35,815 bases of DNA from a virus. The notes under the pieces are model-generated. The model was not told the DNA's origin, made no database searches, and was given only the letters and a program-made list of their open reading frames with translations. Position 1 is the stretch's first letter; every line of letters begins with the position of its first letter. Of the stretch, positions 17,602 through 25,936 are shown in pieces. Made by a program: the position numbers and the translations under genes. The DNA lies in IMG/VR virus record IMGVR_UViG_3300019487_000023, positions 72,850 through 108,664 of that record; one strand, given 5' to 3'.

Positions 17602-18176
17602 ACGGTTTCAGACAACAGCCTCAGGGTTCTAAGAAAGAAAAACTTCGTGCCTTAGAGACTGAGCTACAGAACGCTACTATGGCTAATCGCATCAGCCAGC
17701 TAATGATTAAGCAGATGTTGCAGAATAGTCAGGCAATGCAGGAAGACCTCAGCAAGGCGCTGAACCTCATCACTGATTTGCAATATCGTACGTTGGCCCT
17801 TCAAAAGGTCACTAATGTGGATATGACGCAGCTTGCTAGCGTTGCTGATGAGCTCCGTCTAAAGGATTTCAATGAAGCGTCTGCTAAGGAAAATGCAGAG
17901 AAGAATTACGCTGTCGGCACTACTGTAAACGATGAAAGTGTGGTCGTGATCACCTCTACTACTGACGTGGCAGATCAAGGCATATTCCGCTCTAAGTTAA
18001 AACTAGCCGATTGCGGAGTTCCTGATCTCATCAAGGCCTTCAACGGTCGTGAAGTCGGTGCTAAGGCTGTCGTTAAGCTCAACGGTATTGATCATACAGT
18101 TGAACTTCTTGAAGTGCTTCAGCCACCTGCAGTCGCAGAGACTGCTCCTGCGGCTGAAACCGCTGCTCAGGCCTAA
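17598..18176 (+). CDS. Hypothetical protein: N-terminal coiled coil plus GreA-C/FKBP-like C-terminal domain
   Basis: AAGGAG RBS and ATGA overlap. PDLIKAFNGREVGAKAVVKLNG..VELLEV resembles the 'ALLGKKVGD.V.V..EILEI' pattern. Confidence 0.55.
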   Translation: MNGFRQQPQGSKKEKLRALETELQNATMANRISQLMIKQMLQNSQAMQEDLSKALNLITDLQYRTLALQKVTNVDMTQLASVADELRLKDFNEASAKENAEKNYAVGTTVNDESVVVITSTTDVADQGIFRSKLKLADCGVPDLIKAFNGREVGAKAVVKLNGIDHTVELLEVLQPPAVAETAPAAETAAQA

Positions 18177-18177
18177 T

Positions 18178-18591
18178 ATGTCTAAAAAGGACTGCGAGAT
18201 GGATTCTAGGTGCCCTCGTGCACTCGAGTCGACCCCCGACAAGTGGTGTCCTCTCGCAGTCCTCCGTCTTAAAGCTATAAGGAACGCTGGTAGGGAACTT
18301 ACCGAAGAGGAAGAAGCCCTACTTCCAGGTTGTCCTTGGGCTATCAACCATCAGCTAGCCAACTATTGCTTCTTTAAGTACATGGCTGACTATACTGGTG
18401 ATAAGCCACCCTCTGACGTTGAGATGGCTTCATTGAACTCTCTTTCAGTTGAGACCGTAAAGAAGACTGAAAAGAACGCTCTAGCTAAAATCAGAGAAAC
18501 TGAGCAATTTAAGTCCATTAAAGAGTCTCATGGCGACAGTGCCATCATCTCTGACTCTCCCTCCGACGACGACTATAAGATCTATCGTTAA
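18178..18591 (+). CDS. Cys-rich protein with sigma70 region-4-like HTH
   Basis: SDVEMASLNSLSVETVKKTEKNALAKIR matches the region 4.2 pattern (EIA..LG.SRE.V.Q.E..AL.KLR). Confidence 0.62.
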   Translation: MSKKDCEMDSRCPRALESTPDKWCPLAVLRLKAIRNAGRELTEEEEALLPGCPWAINHQLANYCFFKYMADYTGDKPPSDVEMASLNSLSVETVKKTEKNALAKIRETEQFKSIKESHGDSAIISDSPSDDDYKIYR

Positions 18592-18625
18592 GCAATAAAA
18601 ACTTACTTTTACTCTAGTTAATTTG

Positions 18626-18634
18626 TGATATAAT
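18626..18634 (+). promoter_or_regulatory. Extended -10 promoter (TGaTATAAT), near-leaderless
   Basis: 7 nt spacer, then ATG at 18642. Confidence 0.65.
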
Positions 18635-18641
18635 GTTATTT

Positions 18642-19268
18642 ATGTCACAAATAGGCATTTATTGCATTAAAAACATAGAAAATAATAAGCGATATATAGG
18701 TTCGTCAAGAAACATTCCTGGCCGTTGGCGCGTTCACAAAAGTCGCCTAAAGCTAGGTAAGCATCACTCTTCTCACCTCCAAAAGTCCTACCTTCAAAAC
18801 CCTAATAAATTCGTTTACGAAATTCTAGAGTCTGTGGATGATATTTCTATGTTAGAAATTCGTGAGCAGTACTGGGTCGACTATTTTCAATCACATAAAA
18901 GTGAATATGGTTATAATGCTGTTCGTACCGTATCAACAATCGGTTCTCATAGAATGAAAGAACGTTGGGCAAAGCCAGGTGCCAAAGAAGCTCAATCTGT
19001 TCGTATGAGAAATATATGTTCTAGCACAGAACATAGACAAAAATTATCTATTGGGCATATTGAATATTTTAAGAACACTGAGAATAAGTTCAAAAAGTCT
19101 TTAGAGTCACCCCACCGCAAACCTGTAAAATGCGTTCAAACTAATCAAGTATTTGTCTCTATTAATCAAGCATCTAAAAACTTAGGTGTCTCTATTGTTA
19201 AAATAAGAGATAGTGCTAATGGCAAAAGAAAGTCAAATGGCGGAATTTCTTTTGAGTGGGCCAAATAA
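18642..19268 (+). CDS. GIY-YIG homing endonuclease (I-TevI-like, C-terminal NUMOD1-like HTH)
   Basis: GIYCIKNIENNKRYIGSS, RW..H, REQYW, GYN; C-terminal F.SINQASK.LGVS. AT-rich. Confidence 0.92.
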   Translation: MSQIGIYCIKNIENNKRYIGSSRNIPGRWRVHKSRLKLGKHHSSHLQKSYLQNPNKFVYEILESVDDISMLEIREQYWVDYFQSHKSEYGYNAVRTVSTIGSHRMKERWAKPGAKEAQSVRMRNICSSTEHRQKLSIGHIEYFKNTENKFKKSLESPHRKPVKCVQTNQVFVSINQASKNLGVSIVKIRDSANGKRKSNGGISFEWAK

Positions 19269-20929
19269 TGAAAAAAAGAGCTTTAGAGATTGATGGTATT
19301 TTAGGCAGTCAGTTGCGCGACACCCAAGGCGAAACGCTTTCTGTTGAGGGCGCAGACATATCTGATTTGGAGGCCGGTAGAGGCCGTTGGAACGATAATC
19401 ACGGAAAAGGCTTCTTTAATTCCTTAGGTTGTATTACTACTGCAAAAAAAATCTTTAAGGTAGAAGATTGCACTGATCCACGCCACAAATATTACTGGGA
19501 CATGATTAAAACCCCGTTCATATATGGACGTGGGTATTTGTTCGACGACGAAGAGCATCCTAATGCTAAAGCTGCAGCCGCTATTTTAAGAAACATTCAC
19601 AAATCAGATTCACCGCTCAAACTGAAATTAAGCGTAGAAGGTGGAGTAATTTCAAGAGGAATAGCAGATAAATCTTTACTGGCAAGAACTAAAATTCATT
19701 CTTGCGCAATTACATTTACTCCAGCGAATAATGCTACTCTGGTTGAGCCACTTAATTTAGATAAGTCTTCATATGATGAAGCTGCAGACATGGAACTCAT
19801 CAAGAGCGTGCTGCACCTTGCAGAAACTAACATCCCATCATTTCGTCATATTGCTCGTGATGCCTCTGCTAGTAAGGTTGAAAAGAACTTACAGCGCATT
19901 GCAGAATTGATGAAGGGCGATGCAGACGTTAGTTTGCCTACTAAACAAGAAATTCTAGATGCATCATTAGAGTCTAAGATTAAATCTAACGTTGCTCGCA
20001 TTCATGAACTTGTTGCTGAACTGCGTGAAGAAGAGATGGAAAAAGGCTGGAAAGACGCTGCCGCTGGAGCTGCCATGATGGGCGCAGCAGCCGCTGGATT
20101 AGGTGCTAAACCAGCTAATCCTCCTGTGCCACAAGTAAAGGCTCCTGTTGCTGCAGCAACACCAGCACCTGACCTATCTAATATGGGTCCAGAGCATCAA
20201 AAAGCTTATCAAGAGATCGCGAAGAAAAACCCTCTCCTAGGCGCAATCGGCATGATTGAATCTAGCGGCGGAAAGAACTACAAGCATTCAATGATTAATG
20301 ACCCTGACTCCATGCATCACCAACATGTAGCTGGCGGTATGTTCGGCATGATGCCAAACTCTGCGTCATTTATCCTTGCTCGTGATCCTGAGCTTGCCAA
20401 GAAGTATCCTGACCTCGTAGAGGCTGCCAAGGACATGAAGACAAATCATGGCAAGTTTACAGAGAGATTCAATGGCGATCCAAAAGCTGCTATTGAGTTT
20501 GCAGAAGCGTTTTTCAACAGAAACAAGAAGAAGACAAAGAATCGTGATATGTTGGTTCACTCGTGGAATCACGGTCTAAAGGGTACATGGGAACGTTATA
20601 AGAAGGATGGTATGGATGCCATCACTTCAGCTCCTTATGTTCAAAACGTCCTTAAGACATTTAACAAAATGAACAAAAAGCCGCAAAAAGAAGCAGTTAA
20701 GAAGGCACTTACCGCAGGGTATGGTGGGGCAGGTAGTCCAACCTCACTTGGTGGCGGAGGGGTATTTCAAGCAGAGATGGTTGAACAAGGTCGTCCAAAG
20801 TTGAAATACGTTAATTGTGAAAATTGTGGAAAAGAACAAGTATATGGCAAGCACCAAGTCAAATGTAGACAGTGCGGCCATAATTGGAGTCTCGAAAAGC
20901 TCTTCAGGGTAATGAAGGGAATCGAGTAA
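19268..20929 (+). CDS. Prohead protease fused to lytic-transglycosylase-like domain and C-terminal zinc ribbon
   Basis: RDTQGE, NDNH, LSVEG and AITFTPAN protease motifs. IESSGG, GMFGMMP and SWNHG SLT-like motifs. CENC..CRQC at the end. Lies upstream of scaffold and capsid genes. Confidence 0.8.
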   Translation: MKKRALEIDGILGSQLRDTQGETLSVEGADISDLEAGRGRWNDNHGKGFFNSLGCITTAKKIFKVEDCTDPRHKYYWDMIKTPFIYGRGYLFDDEEHPNAKAAAAILRNIHKSDSPLKLKLSVEGGVISRGIADKSLLARTKIHSCAITFTPANNATLVEPLNLDKSSYDEAADMELIKSVLHLAETNIPSFRHIARDASASKVEKNLQRIAELMKGDADVSLPTKQEILDASLESKIKSNVARIHELVAELREEEMEKGWKDAAAGAAMMGAAAAGLGAKPANPPVPQVKAPVAAATPAPDLSNMGPEHQKAYQEIAKKNPLLGAIGMIESSGGKNYKHSMINDPDSMHHQHVAGGMFGMMPNSASFILARDPELAKKYPDLVEAAKDMKTNHGKFTERFNGDPKAAIEFAEAFFNRNKKKTKNRDMLVHSWNHGLKGTWERYKKDGMDAITSAPYVQNVLKTFNKMNKKPQKEAVKKALTAGYGGAGSPTSLGGGGVFQAEMVEQGRPKLKYVNCENCGKEQVYGKHQVKCRQCGHNWSLEKLFRVMKGIE

Positions 20930-20967
20930 AGGTACAGGTGGGCCCATGGTGTTTAACTCTGGGGCCA

Positions 20968-20976
20968 TGGTATAGT
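20968..20976 (+). promoter_or_regulatory. Extended -10 promoter (TGgTATAGT) for the capsid operon
   Basis: Intergenic, upstream of a strong AGGAGAGG RBS. Confidence 0.55.
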
Positions 20977-21016
20977 TAATCATAATTGAGTTTTACTCAT
21001 CTATAGGAGAGGAAAA

Positions 21017-21418
21017 ATGGCACAATCTAAAGCAATTCTATTCAAGCTTGCCCGTAACGCGCAGGTGCTCGGCATGACTGTGGTTTCACAGTCGGAGACC
21101 GCTGTCGTTATTGACAACGGCTCGAACGATCTCACAATCAGCTATGTTGACGCAGTATTCACCCCATCTGTCATGGGCGGCGTGGATCCTCAGACTTCCC
21201 CATTCTTGGGCATTGGCGTTGGTAATCCAGGCCAAGTGAAGATTAAGTCTGCTATCAATACTGGCGGCACTGCTGCTGACGTTCTTGATTCGCTAACTGC
21301 TGCTAAGGTTCTAGCTATGTGCGCTGCACTTGCAAACGACCTTATCATCGAAAATTCTGACGCTTCTTTCAGCGGTCAAATTCGCGGACACAGTGATCGT
21401 ATCGGCCTCGGTCAGTAA
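21017..21418 (+). CDS. Hypothetical protein, probable virion/head protein
   Basis: 133 aa, strong RBS, first gene of the scaffold-capsid operon. Confidence 0.75.
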   Translation: MAQSKAILFKLARNAQVLGMTVVSQSETAVVIDNGSNDLTISYVDAVFTPSVMGGVDPQTSPFLGIGVGNPGQVKIKSAINTGGTAADVLDSLTAAKVLAMCAALANDLIIENSDASFSGQIRGHSDRIGLGQ

Positions 21419-21446
21419 TCACTTTTAACGAAGGAGAAATCTGACT

Positions 21447-22226
21447 ATGGACGCAGAAATCAAAAAGAGTCTTACAGACCTGATTGATGAAACTTTGATG
21501 GAGCTCGAAGAGCTTAAGAAGTCAAAGTTCTCTGCTGCTGAGATCAAGATCGAAGGTCCTGGCGACAGCCACTTAGCTGGCAAGCCTGTGAACGGCGATC
21601 TTCATGCGAAGGCAGAAGACAAGAAGGACGAAGACGAAGAAGATAAAGACGATGACAAGGATATGGATAAGGGCGAGAACGAAAAAGCCGATCCAAATGC
21701 AGGTCATCACCAGCCAGTAGCTAAAGGCGAAAATGAGAAGGCAGACCCAAACGGTGGCCATCATCAGCCAGTAGCGAAAGCTGAGGACAAGAAGAAAGAC
21801 GACGACAAAGACGACGAGAAGAAGGATAAGGATGCCAAGGGCGGAGAACGCCATGAAGCCGAAGAGAAAAAGGCTATTGGTAAACTTGCTGACCTCGCCG
21901 GAATGAAGAAGTCCGAAGAAGAAATGCAAAGCTTGATGAAGAGCTATTTTGACGAGCGCGTAAAGCCTCTTGAAGATTCTCTCGCAAGCATTATGGATCT
22001 TGTCAAGAAAATTGCTGATCAGCCAGTGGCTCCTAAGGGTGCTACGGTTCGTACGGTTCCGTTGTTAAAGTCTACGGAAGAAGTTGAGACCCTTTCTAAG
22101 GCACAAGTTGCTACCAAGCTATTTGACCTTAAGAAGAGCGGATCTGCAGTTGATTCCTTGGATGTGACCAAGGCTGAAATGGGCCAAGATCTAGACACTA
22201 TTATCAGGAAGTACAAACTTTCGTAA
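21447..22226 (+). CDS. Putative capsid scaffolding protein
   Basis: Highly charged (D/E/K), directly upstream of MCP, more than 10 x-x-K-[SAG] motifs. Confidence 0.7.
   Translation: MDAEIKKSLTDLIDETLMELEELKKSKFSAAEIKIEGPGDSHLAGKPVNGDLHAKAEDKKDEDEEDKDDDKDMDKGENEKADPNAGHHQPVAKGENEKADPNGGHHQPVAKAEDKKKDDDKDDEKKDKDAKGGERHEAEEKKAIGKLADLAGMKKSEEEMQSLMKSYFDERVKPLEDSLASIMDLVKKIADQPVAPKGATVRTVPLLKSTEEVETLSKAQVATKLFDLKKSGSAVDSLDVTKAEMGQDLDTIIRKYKLS
21669..21776 (+). repeat. 2 x 54 nt coding tandem repeat (KGENEKADPN[AG]GHHQPVA)
   Basis: Near-identical peptide with divergent synonymous codons. Confidence 0.9.
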
Positions 22227-22244
22227 TCAAAGGAGAGAACGAAA

Positions 22245-23693
22245 ATGAACGACGCACTTAACCAAGTATTGCAAGGCCTAGATCAGGGTCTCGTGTCGGG
22301 CGACGACATCGAGAAACTGAATAAGGCTATCACCGCCGGTTACGGTGGTGCAGGCAAGCCTACTGACCTCGTCTATGGCGGAGTCCTTCAGGCTGAATCT
22401 CTCGAAGCTACGCTCAAGAGCGTTACCTTCGACATGAAGAACCTCAAGCTATGGCCAGCCATTTCGGTTGACAAAGCTTACAACCTATTCGAACAGTACA
22501 ATCGTTTGATCTCGTACGGTTCTGATAGCGCGCCATATATCGGCGAAGGTGGAGCTCCTCAAGAGGAAGATTCGACCTACGTACGTGATGGTCAGAAGAT
22601 CGTGTTCTTCGGTACTCGCCGTAGGGTCTCTCACCAGATGACCTTGGTTCGTACCACTGTGGGCGACATTGTTGCTCAACAGGCAAAAGAAGGCACGATG
22701 CATCTTCTCAAGAACATCGAGCGTGAAATGTATTGGGGTCATGCCCACTTCATGAATCAGCAAACCGGAGCTATGAACGGCTCTCCTGCTGACCTTCCAA
22801 CTAATTCGATCGCTATGAGCGGCGTGCTTCAGCAGCTTCTCTTCGGCGACACCGACGTTCTACAACGTTCTGGTGACTTCGAAGGATACGGCGACGCCCG
22901 TTCCATCGCTCAGGACCTAGCCGGTAACGTGCTAGCCCAGGACGATATCGAACAGCTTGCTGTTATCGCCCTTGAGAACTTCGGTTCTCCATCGGAACTT
23001 CATATCGAACCAGCCGCTCTTTCGGCTTTCGTTAAGCAGTTCTATCCTCAGTTCCGTTCTGCCCCAGGCTTGAGCGGTCAGACTGTTGGCTACGACGTTG
23101 CAAAGGTGACCACCACCGCTGGTAACGTTGACTTGAAGCCAAACTTGTTCCTACGCCCACGTGCAGGCGCTCGCGCTCTTGCCGTGAATGCTCAGGCCCC
23201 AGCTGCATCCTTCACCGTAACTGGTGCAGGCGCTGGTACTGGTTCTCCTTTGGCCGCTGGTGCTTACCAGGTTAAGGTCACTGCTGTGAACGATGCGGGC
23301 GAAGGCGCTCCTGTCCAGGAAGCTGGCGGCGTGACCATCTCTGCTAACCAGAACATTGACCTCACCATCGGCTCTATCCCTGCCGGCGTTAAGTACTTCA
23401 AAGTGTACATGAGCGCTGTCGGCGGTGCAGTTGGTACCGAAAAGTTCGTCGGTAACATTGCAAACCGTGGTGCTGGCGTCTACCGTGTAAACGGTTCGAA
23501 GATGCCAGGTCTTGGTGAAGCATTCTTGCTCGATCTTGGTGCCGAGTGCATGAAGTTCAAGCAACTTGCTCCTCTAAGCAAGATCAACTTCGCTATTGTT
23601 ACGACCGCACTTGAGTTCGCGATCGTGTTGTACGGAGCTCTCTTCGTCTACACGCCACGTTACAACTGCGTGTTCAAGAACATGGGCAAGTAA
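22245..23693 (+). CDS. Major capsid protein precursor (SPO1/Twort-like, with Ig/FN3-like insertion)
   Basis: KAITAGYG..GGVLQAESLE N-arm resembles KSFTTGYG of Twort-like MCPs. GEGG.P motif, YQVKVTAVNDAGEG insertion, strong codon bias, downstream terminator. Confidence 0.92.
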   Translation: MNDALNQVLQGLDQGLVSGDDIEKLNKAITAGYGGAGKPTDLVYGGVLQAESLEATLKSVTFDMKNLKLWPAISVDKAYNLFEQYNRLISYGSDSAPYIGEGGAPQEEDSTYVRDGQKIVFFGTRRRVSHQMTLVRTTVGDIVAQQAKEGTMHLLKNIEREMYWGHAHFMNQQTGAMNGSPADLPTNSIAMSGVLQQLLFGDTDVLQRSGDFEGYGDARSIAQDLAGNVLAQDDIEQLAVIALENFGSPSELHIEPAALSAFVKQFYPQFRSAPGLSGQTVGYDVAKVTTTAGNVDLKPNLFLRPRAGARALAVNAQAPAASFTVTGAGAGTGSPLAAGAYQVKVTAVNDAGEGAPVQEAGGVTISANQNIDLTIGSIPAGVKYFKVYMSAVGGAVGTEKFVGNIANRGAGVYRVNGSKMPGLGEAFLLDLGAECMKFKQLAPLSKINFAIVTTALEFAIVLYGALFVYTPRYNCVFKNMGK

Positions 23694-23725
23694 TCCCTCC
23701 CAATAACACAATAAAAGTGTAGTAT

Positions 23726-23756
23726 AAGGCTCTGGTGGAAACACCAGGGCCTTTTT
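23726..23756 (+). terminator. Rho-independent terminator after MCP
   Basis: AAGGCTCTGGTG-GAAA-CACCAGGGCCTT stem followed by a T run. Confidence 0.9.
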
Positions 23757-23774
23757 ACTTTGTAGTGTTTCTTC

Positions 23775-23781
23775 GTATAAT
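23775..23781 (+). promoter_or_regulatory. -10 promoter (gTATAAT), predicted leaderless
   Basis: TATAAT at 23776-23781, 6 nt, ATG at 23788. Confidence 0.65.
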
Positions 23782-23787
23782 CCCTCT

Positions 23788-24447
23788 ATGAAAATGGCAC
23801 GTTATATCTGTCTCGAAGGCACTGAAGGCGTAGGTAAAACCACTCAAACCCAAAAGTTGGTTGATTTCTTACGAAGCAAAGGATATAGCGTTCTTCAAAC
23901 GAAAGAACCTGGGACACCTCTATCTCCCCTAACGATGCAACTCAGGGCCATCATGCTTGACAAACAGTACGATGCAGAGCTCACTGCTCCTGCTCGTGAA
24001 TTAGTGAGTCAAGCGATTCGTTCAATCCATCTTGAAAAAGTAGTGCAACCTGCCTTGTCGAAGTACGACTTCATCGTACAAGATAGAGGCATCTTGTCTG
24101 GTTTCTCTTATGGAACAGCCTGTGGGAATGACCCAGATTGGCTCCAGGAGCTCACTGCGAAGATCGTCCCTGCAGACATGTATATGAACAACGGGAAGCT
24201 CCTGTATGACGATGTTATCGTTTTAACAGGTAATATATCTAAAGGGCTTGAACGTGCGCTCTCTTCTAAACAGGAGTTTGCTGCAGGGGATGCCATGGAA
24301 GCACGCGGCACGTCATTTTTGAACTCGGCGTCCGTTAACATGATTAACATGTCAAAAGATTTTAATGCGAATGTAATTTCGGTTGATGGTAAGAACATTG
24401 ACCAAGTATTCGCAGACATTTCGGCAGCTCTTCATATCGAGGAATAA
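23788..24447 (+). CDS. tmk: Thymidylate kinase
   Basis: ICLEGTEGVGKTTQ, TKEPG, VQDR..S..YG canonical dTMP kinase motifs. Confidence 0.9.
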   Translation: MKMARYICLEGTEGVGKTTQTQKLVDFLRSKGYSVLQTKEPGTPLSPLTMQLRAIMLDKQYDAELTAPARELVSQAIRSIHLEKVVQPALSKYDFIVQDRGILSGFSYGTACGNDPDWLQELTAKIVPADMYMNNGKLLYDDVIVLTGNISKGLERALSSKQEFAAGDAMEARGTSFLNSASVNMINMSKDFNANVISVDGKNIDQVFADISAALHIEE

Positions 24448-24450
24448 GCA

Positions 24451-25305
24451 GTGGCAAAAACTAAAAAGTCGCCAAAGTTCAAACGTTATGCTGCCCCAGC
24501 CAATCAACCAAAAATTCTAGTATTCGACATTGAAACTGCTCCTATTATCGCCCATGTGTGGGGATTGTGGGAGAACAATGTTGGATTGAATCAAGTCGAG
24601 TGCGATTGGCATGTCTTGAGTTGGAGTGCGAAGTGGAAAGGCGCTCCAGAGAATGAAGTTATGTACATGGATCAACGCCATGCGAAGCGCGTTGATGATG
24701 ACACAGAGATCCTTACAGCGATCTGGGAACTGTTAGATGAAGCAGATGTTGTCATTACACAGAACGGTAAGAAGTTCGACCAGAAAAAGTTGAACGCTCG
24801 TTTTGTTATCAAGAAGATCAAAGACCGCCATCCTCCTAGCAGCTTTAAGCATGAGGACACGAGGCAGATTGCGTCTAGGCATTTTGCATTTACGAGCAAC
24901 AAGCTTGAATATATGACCGACAAGCTATGCACTAAATACAAGAAGCAGAAGCACAAGAAGTTCCCTGGTCATGAAATGTGGACAGAATGCTTGAAGGGTA
25001 ATCTTGAAGCGTGGAATGAGATGGAAGAATATAACAAGTATGACGTTCTAGCTCTAGAAGAGCTATATAACATATTGGCACCGTGGAGTGGAAACACGGG
25101 AGTGAATTTCAACCTTTACAGCGACGACCTCACCAATGTGTGTAAATGCGGTAGCAGCTCCATTATCAAGAATGGCTTCTATCATACGACTGTTGGTAGA
25201 TACCAACGATACAAGTGCAAGGACTGCGGCGCTGAATCCCGCGATAGGAGCAATCTCCTTCCTAAGGACAAGCGAGAGGCATTGCAGACAAGCACCGTGA
25301 GGTAA
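24451..25305 (+). CDS. DEDD/RNase H-like 3'-5' exonuclease with C-terminal zinc ribbon
   Basis: VFDIET, QNGKKFD, YNKYDV; CKCG..CKDCG. Confidence 0.85.
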   Translation: MAKTKKSPKFKRYAAPANQPKILVFDIETAPIIAHVWGLWENNVGLNQVECDWHVLSWSAKWKGAPENEVMYMDQRHAKRVDDDTEILTAIWELLDEADVVITQNGKKFDQKKLNARFVIKKIKDRHPPSSFKHEDTRQIASRHFAFTSNKLEYMTDKLCTKYKKQKHKKFPGHEMWTECLKGNLEAWNEMEEYNKYDVLALEELYNILAPWSGNTGVNFNLYSDDLTNVCKCGSSSIIKNGFYHTTVGRYQRYKCKDCGAESRDRSNLLPKDKREALQTSTVR

Positions 25306-25308
25306 TGT

Positions 25309-25863
25309 ATGCATTTTAAAGAAATCGAGACCAAGTACTACGCAAAGGATATTGACATCAATAAGTTCGTAGATTTGGTAGAACCACTCAATCCTGAGTG
25401 GATTATGGTAAGTAGCTATGATGACTATTTTACTAATGCTGACGGTGAGTTCATTCGTTATCGCTATACGGATAATCACGGCGAGCTTACTATTAAGAGA
25501 AAAACGTCGGAACTGAATAATAACAATCGCATTGAGGTTAACCTTAAGACCTCAGGGAAGTCCTTTAAGGATGTCTCGGCTTTCGTAGATCTGTTGGGCT
25601 ATAAACTCAACTTTAGCATCTATAAGACATGCAAGATTGCATTCCTGGAGAAAATCGTCCTTGTGTACTATGTTGTTTACGATAGCAAGCTTAATGAGCT
25701 TCAACGCTTTGTCGAGATCGAAGCTAAAGAACAGTATCCTTGGTCTTCTGAAGAAGAGGCTTGGCAGGAAGTAACTAAGTACGAGAAGCTTCTTGAGCCC
25801 CTGGGTATCACGCCTAAGCATCGACTTAAAAAGAGCCTATTCGAGATATTCCGAAAGTCCTGA
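25309..25863 (+). CDS. CYTH (triphosphate tunnel) domain protein
   Basis: N-terminal EIETKY, IRYR, LTIK, RIEV and VEIE motifs. Confidence 0.82.
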   Translation: MHFKEIETKYYAKDIDINKFVDLVEPLNPEWIMVSSYDDYFTNADGEFIRYRYTDNHGELTIKRKTSELNNNNRIEVNLKTSGKSFKDVSAFVDLLGYKLNFSIYKTCKIAFLEKIVLVYYVVYDSKLNELQRFVEIEAKEQYPWSSEEEAWQEVTKYEKLLEPLGITPKHRLKKSLFEIFRKS

Positions 25864-25887
25864 CTTTCGAAGTTTCGGCAAACTAAG

Positions 25888-25933
25888 CCTCTCTTAAGGT
25901 ATAATCTAAGTAAGATTTCCACCTTAGGAGAGG
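25888..25933 (+). promoter_or_regulatory. -10 promoter (ggTATAAT 25898-25905) nested in a 13 bp inverted repeat that pairs with the RBS
   Basis: CCTCTCTTAAGGT (25888-25900) pairs with ACCTTAGGAGAGG (25921-25933), with one G-U pair. Confidence 0.75.
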
Positions 25934-25936
25934 TAC

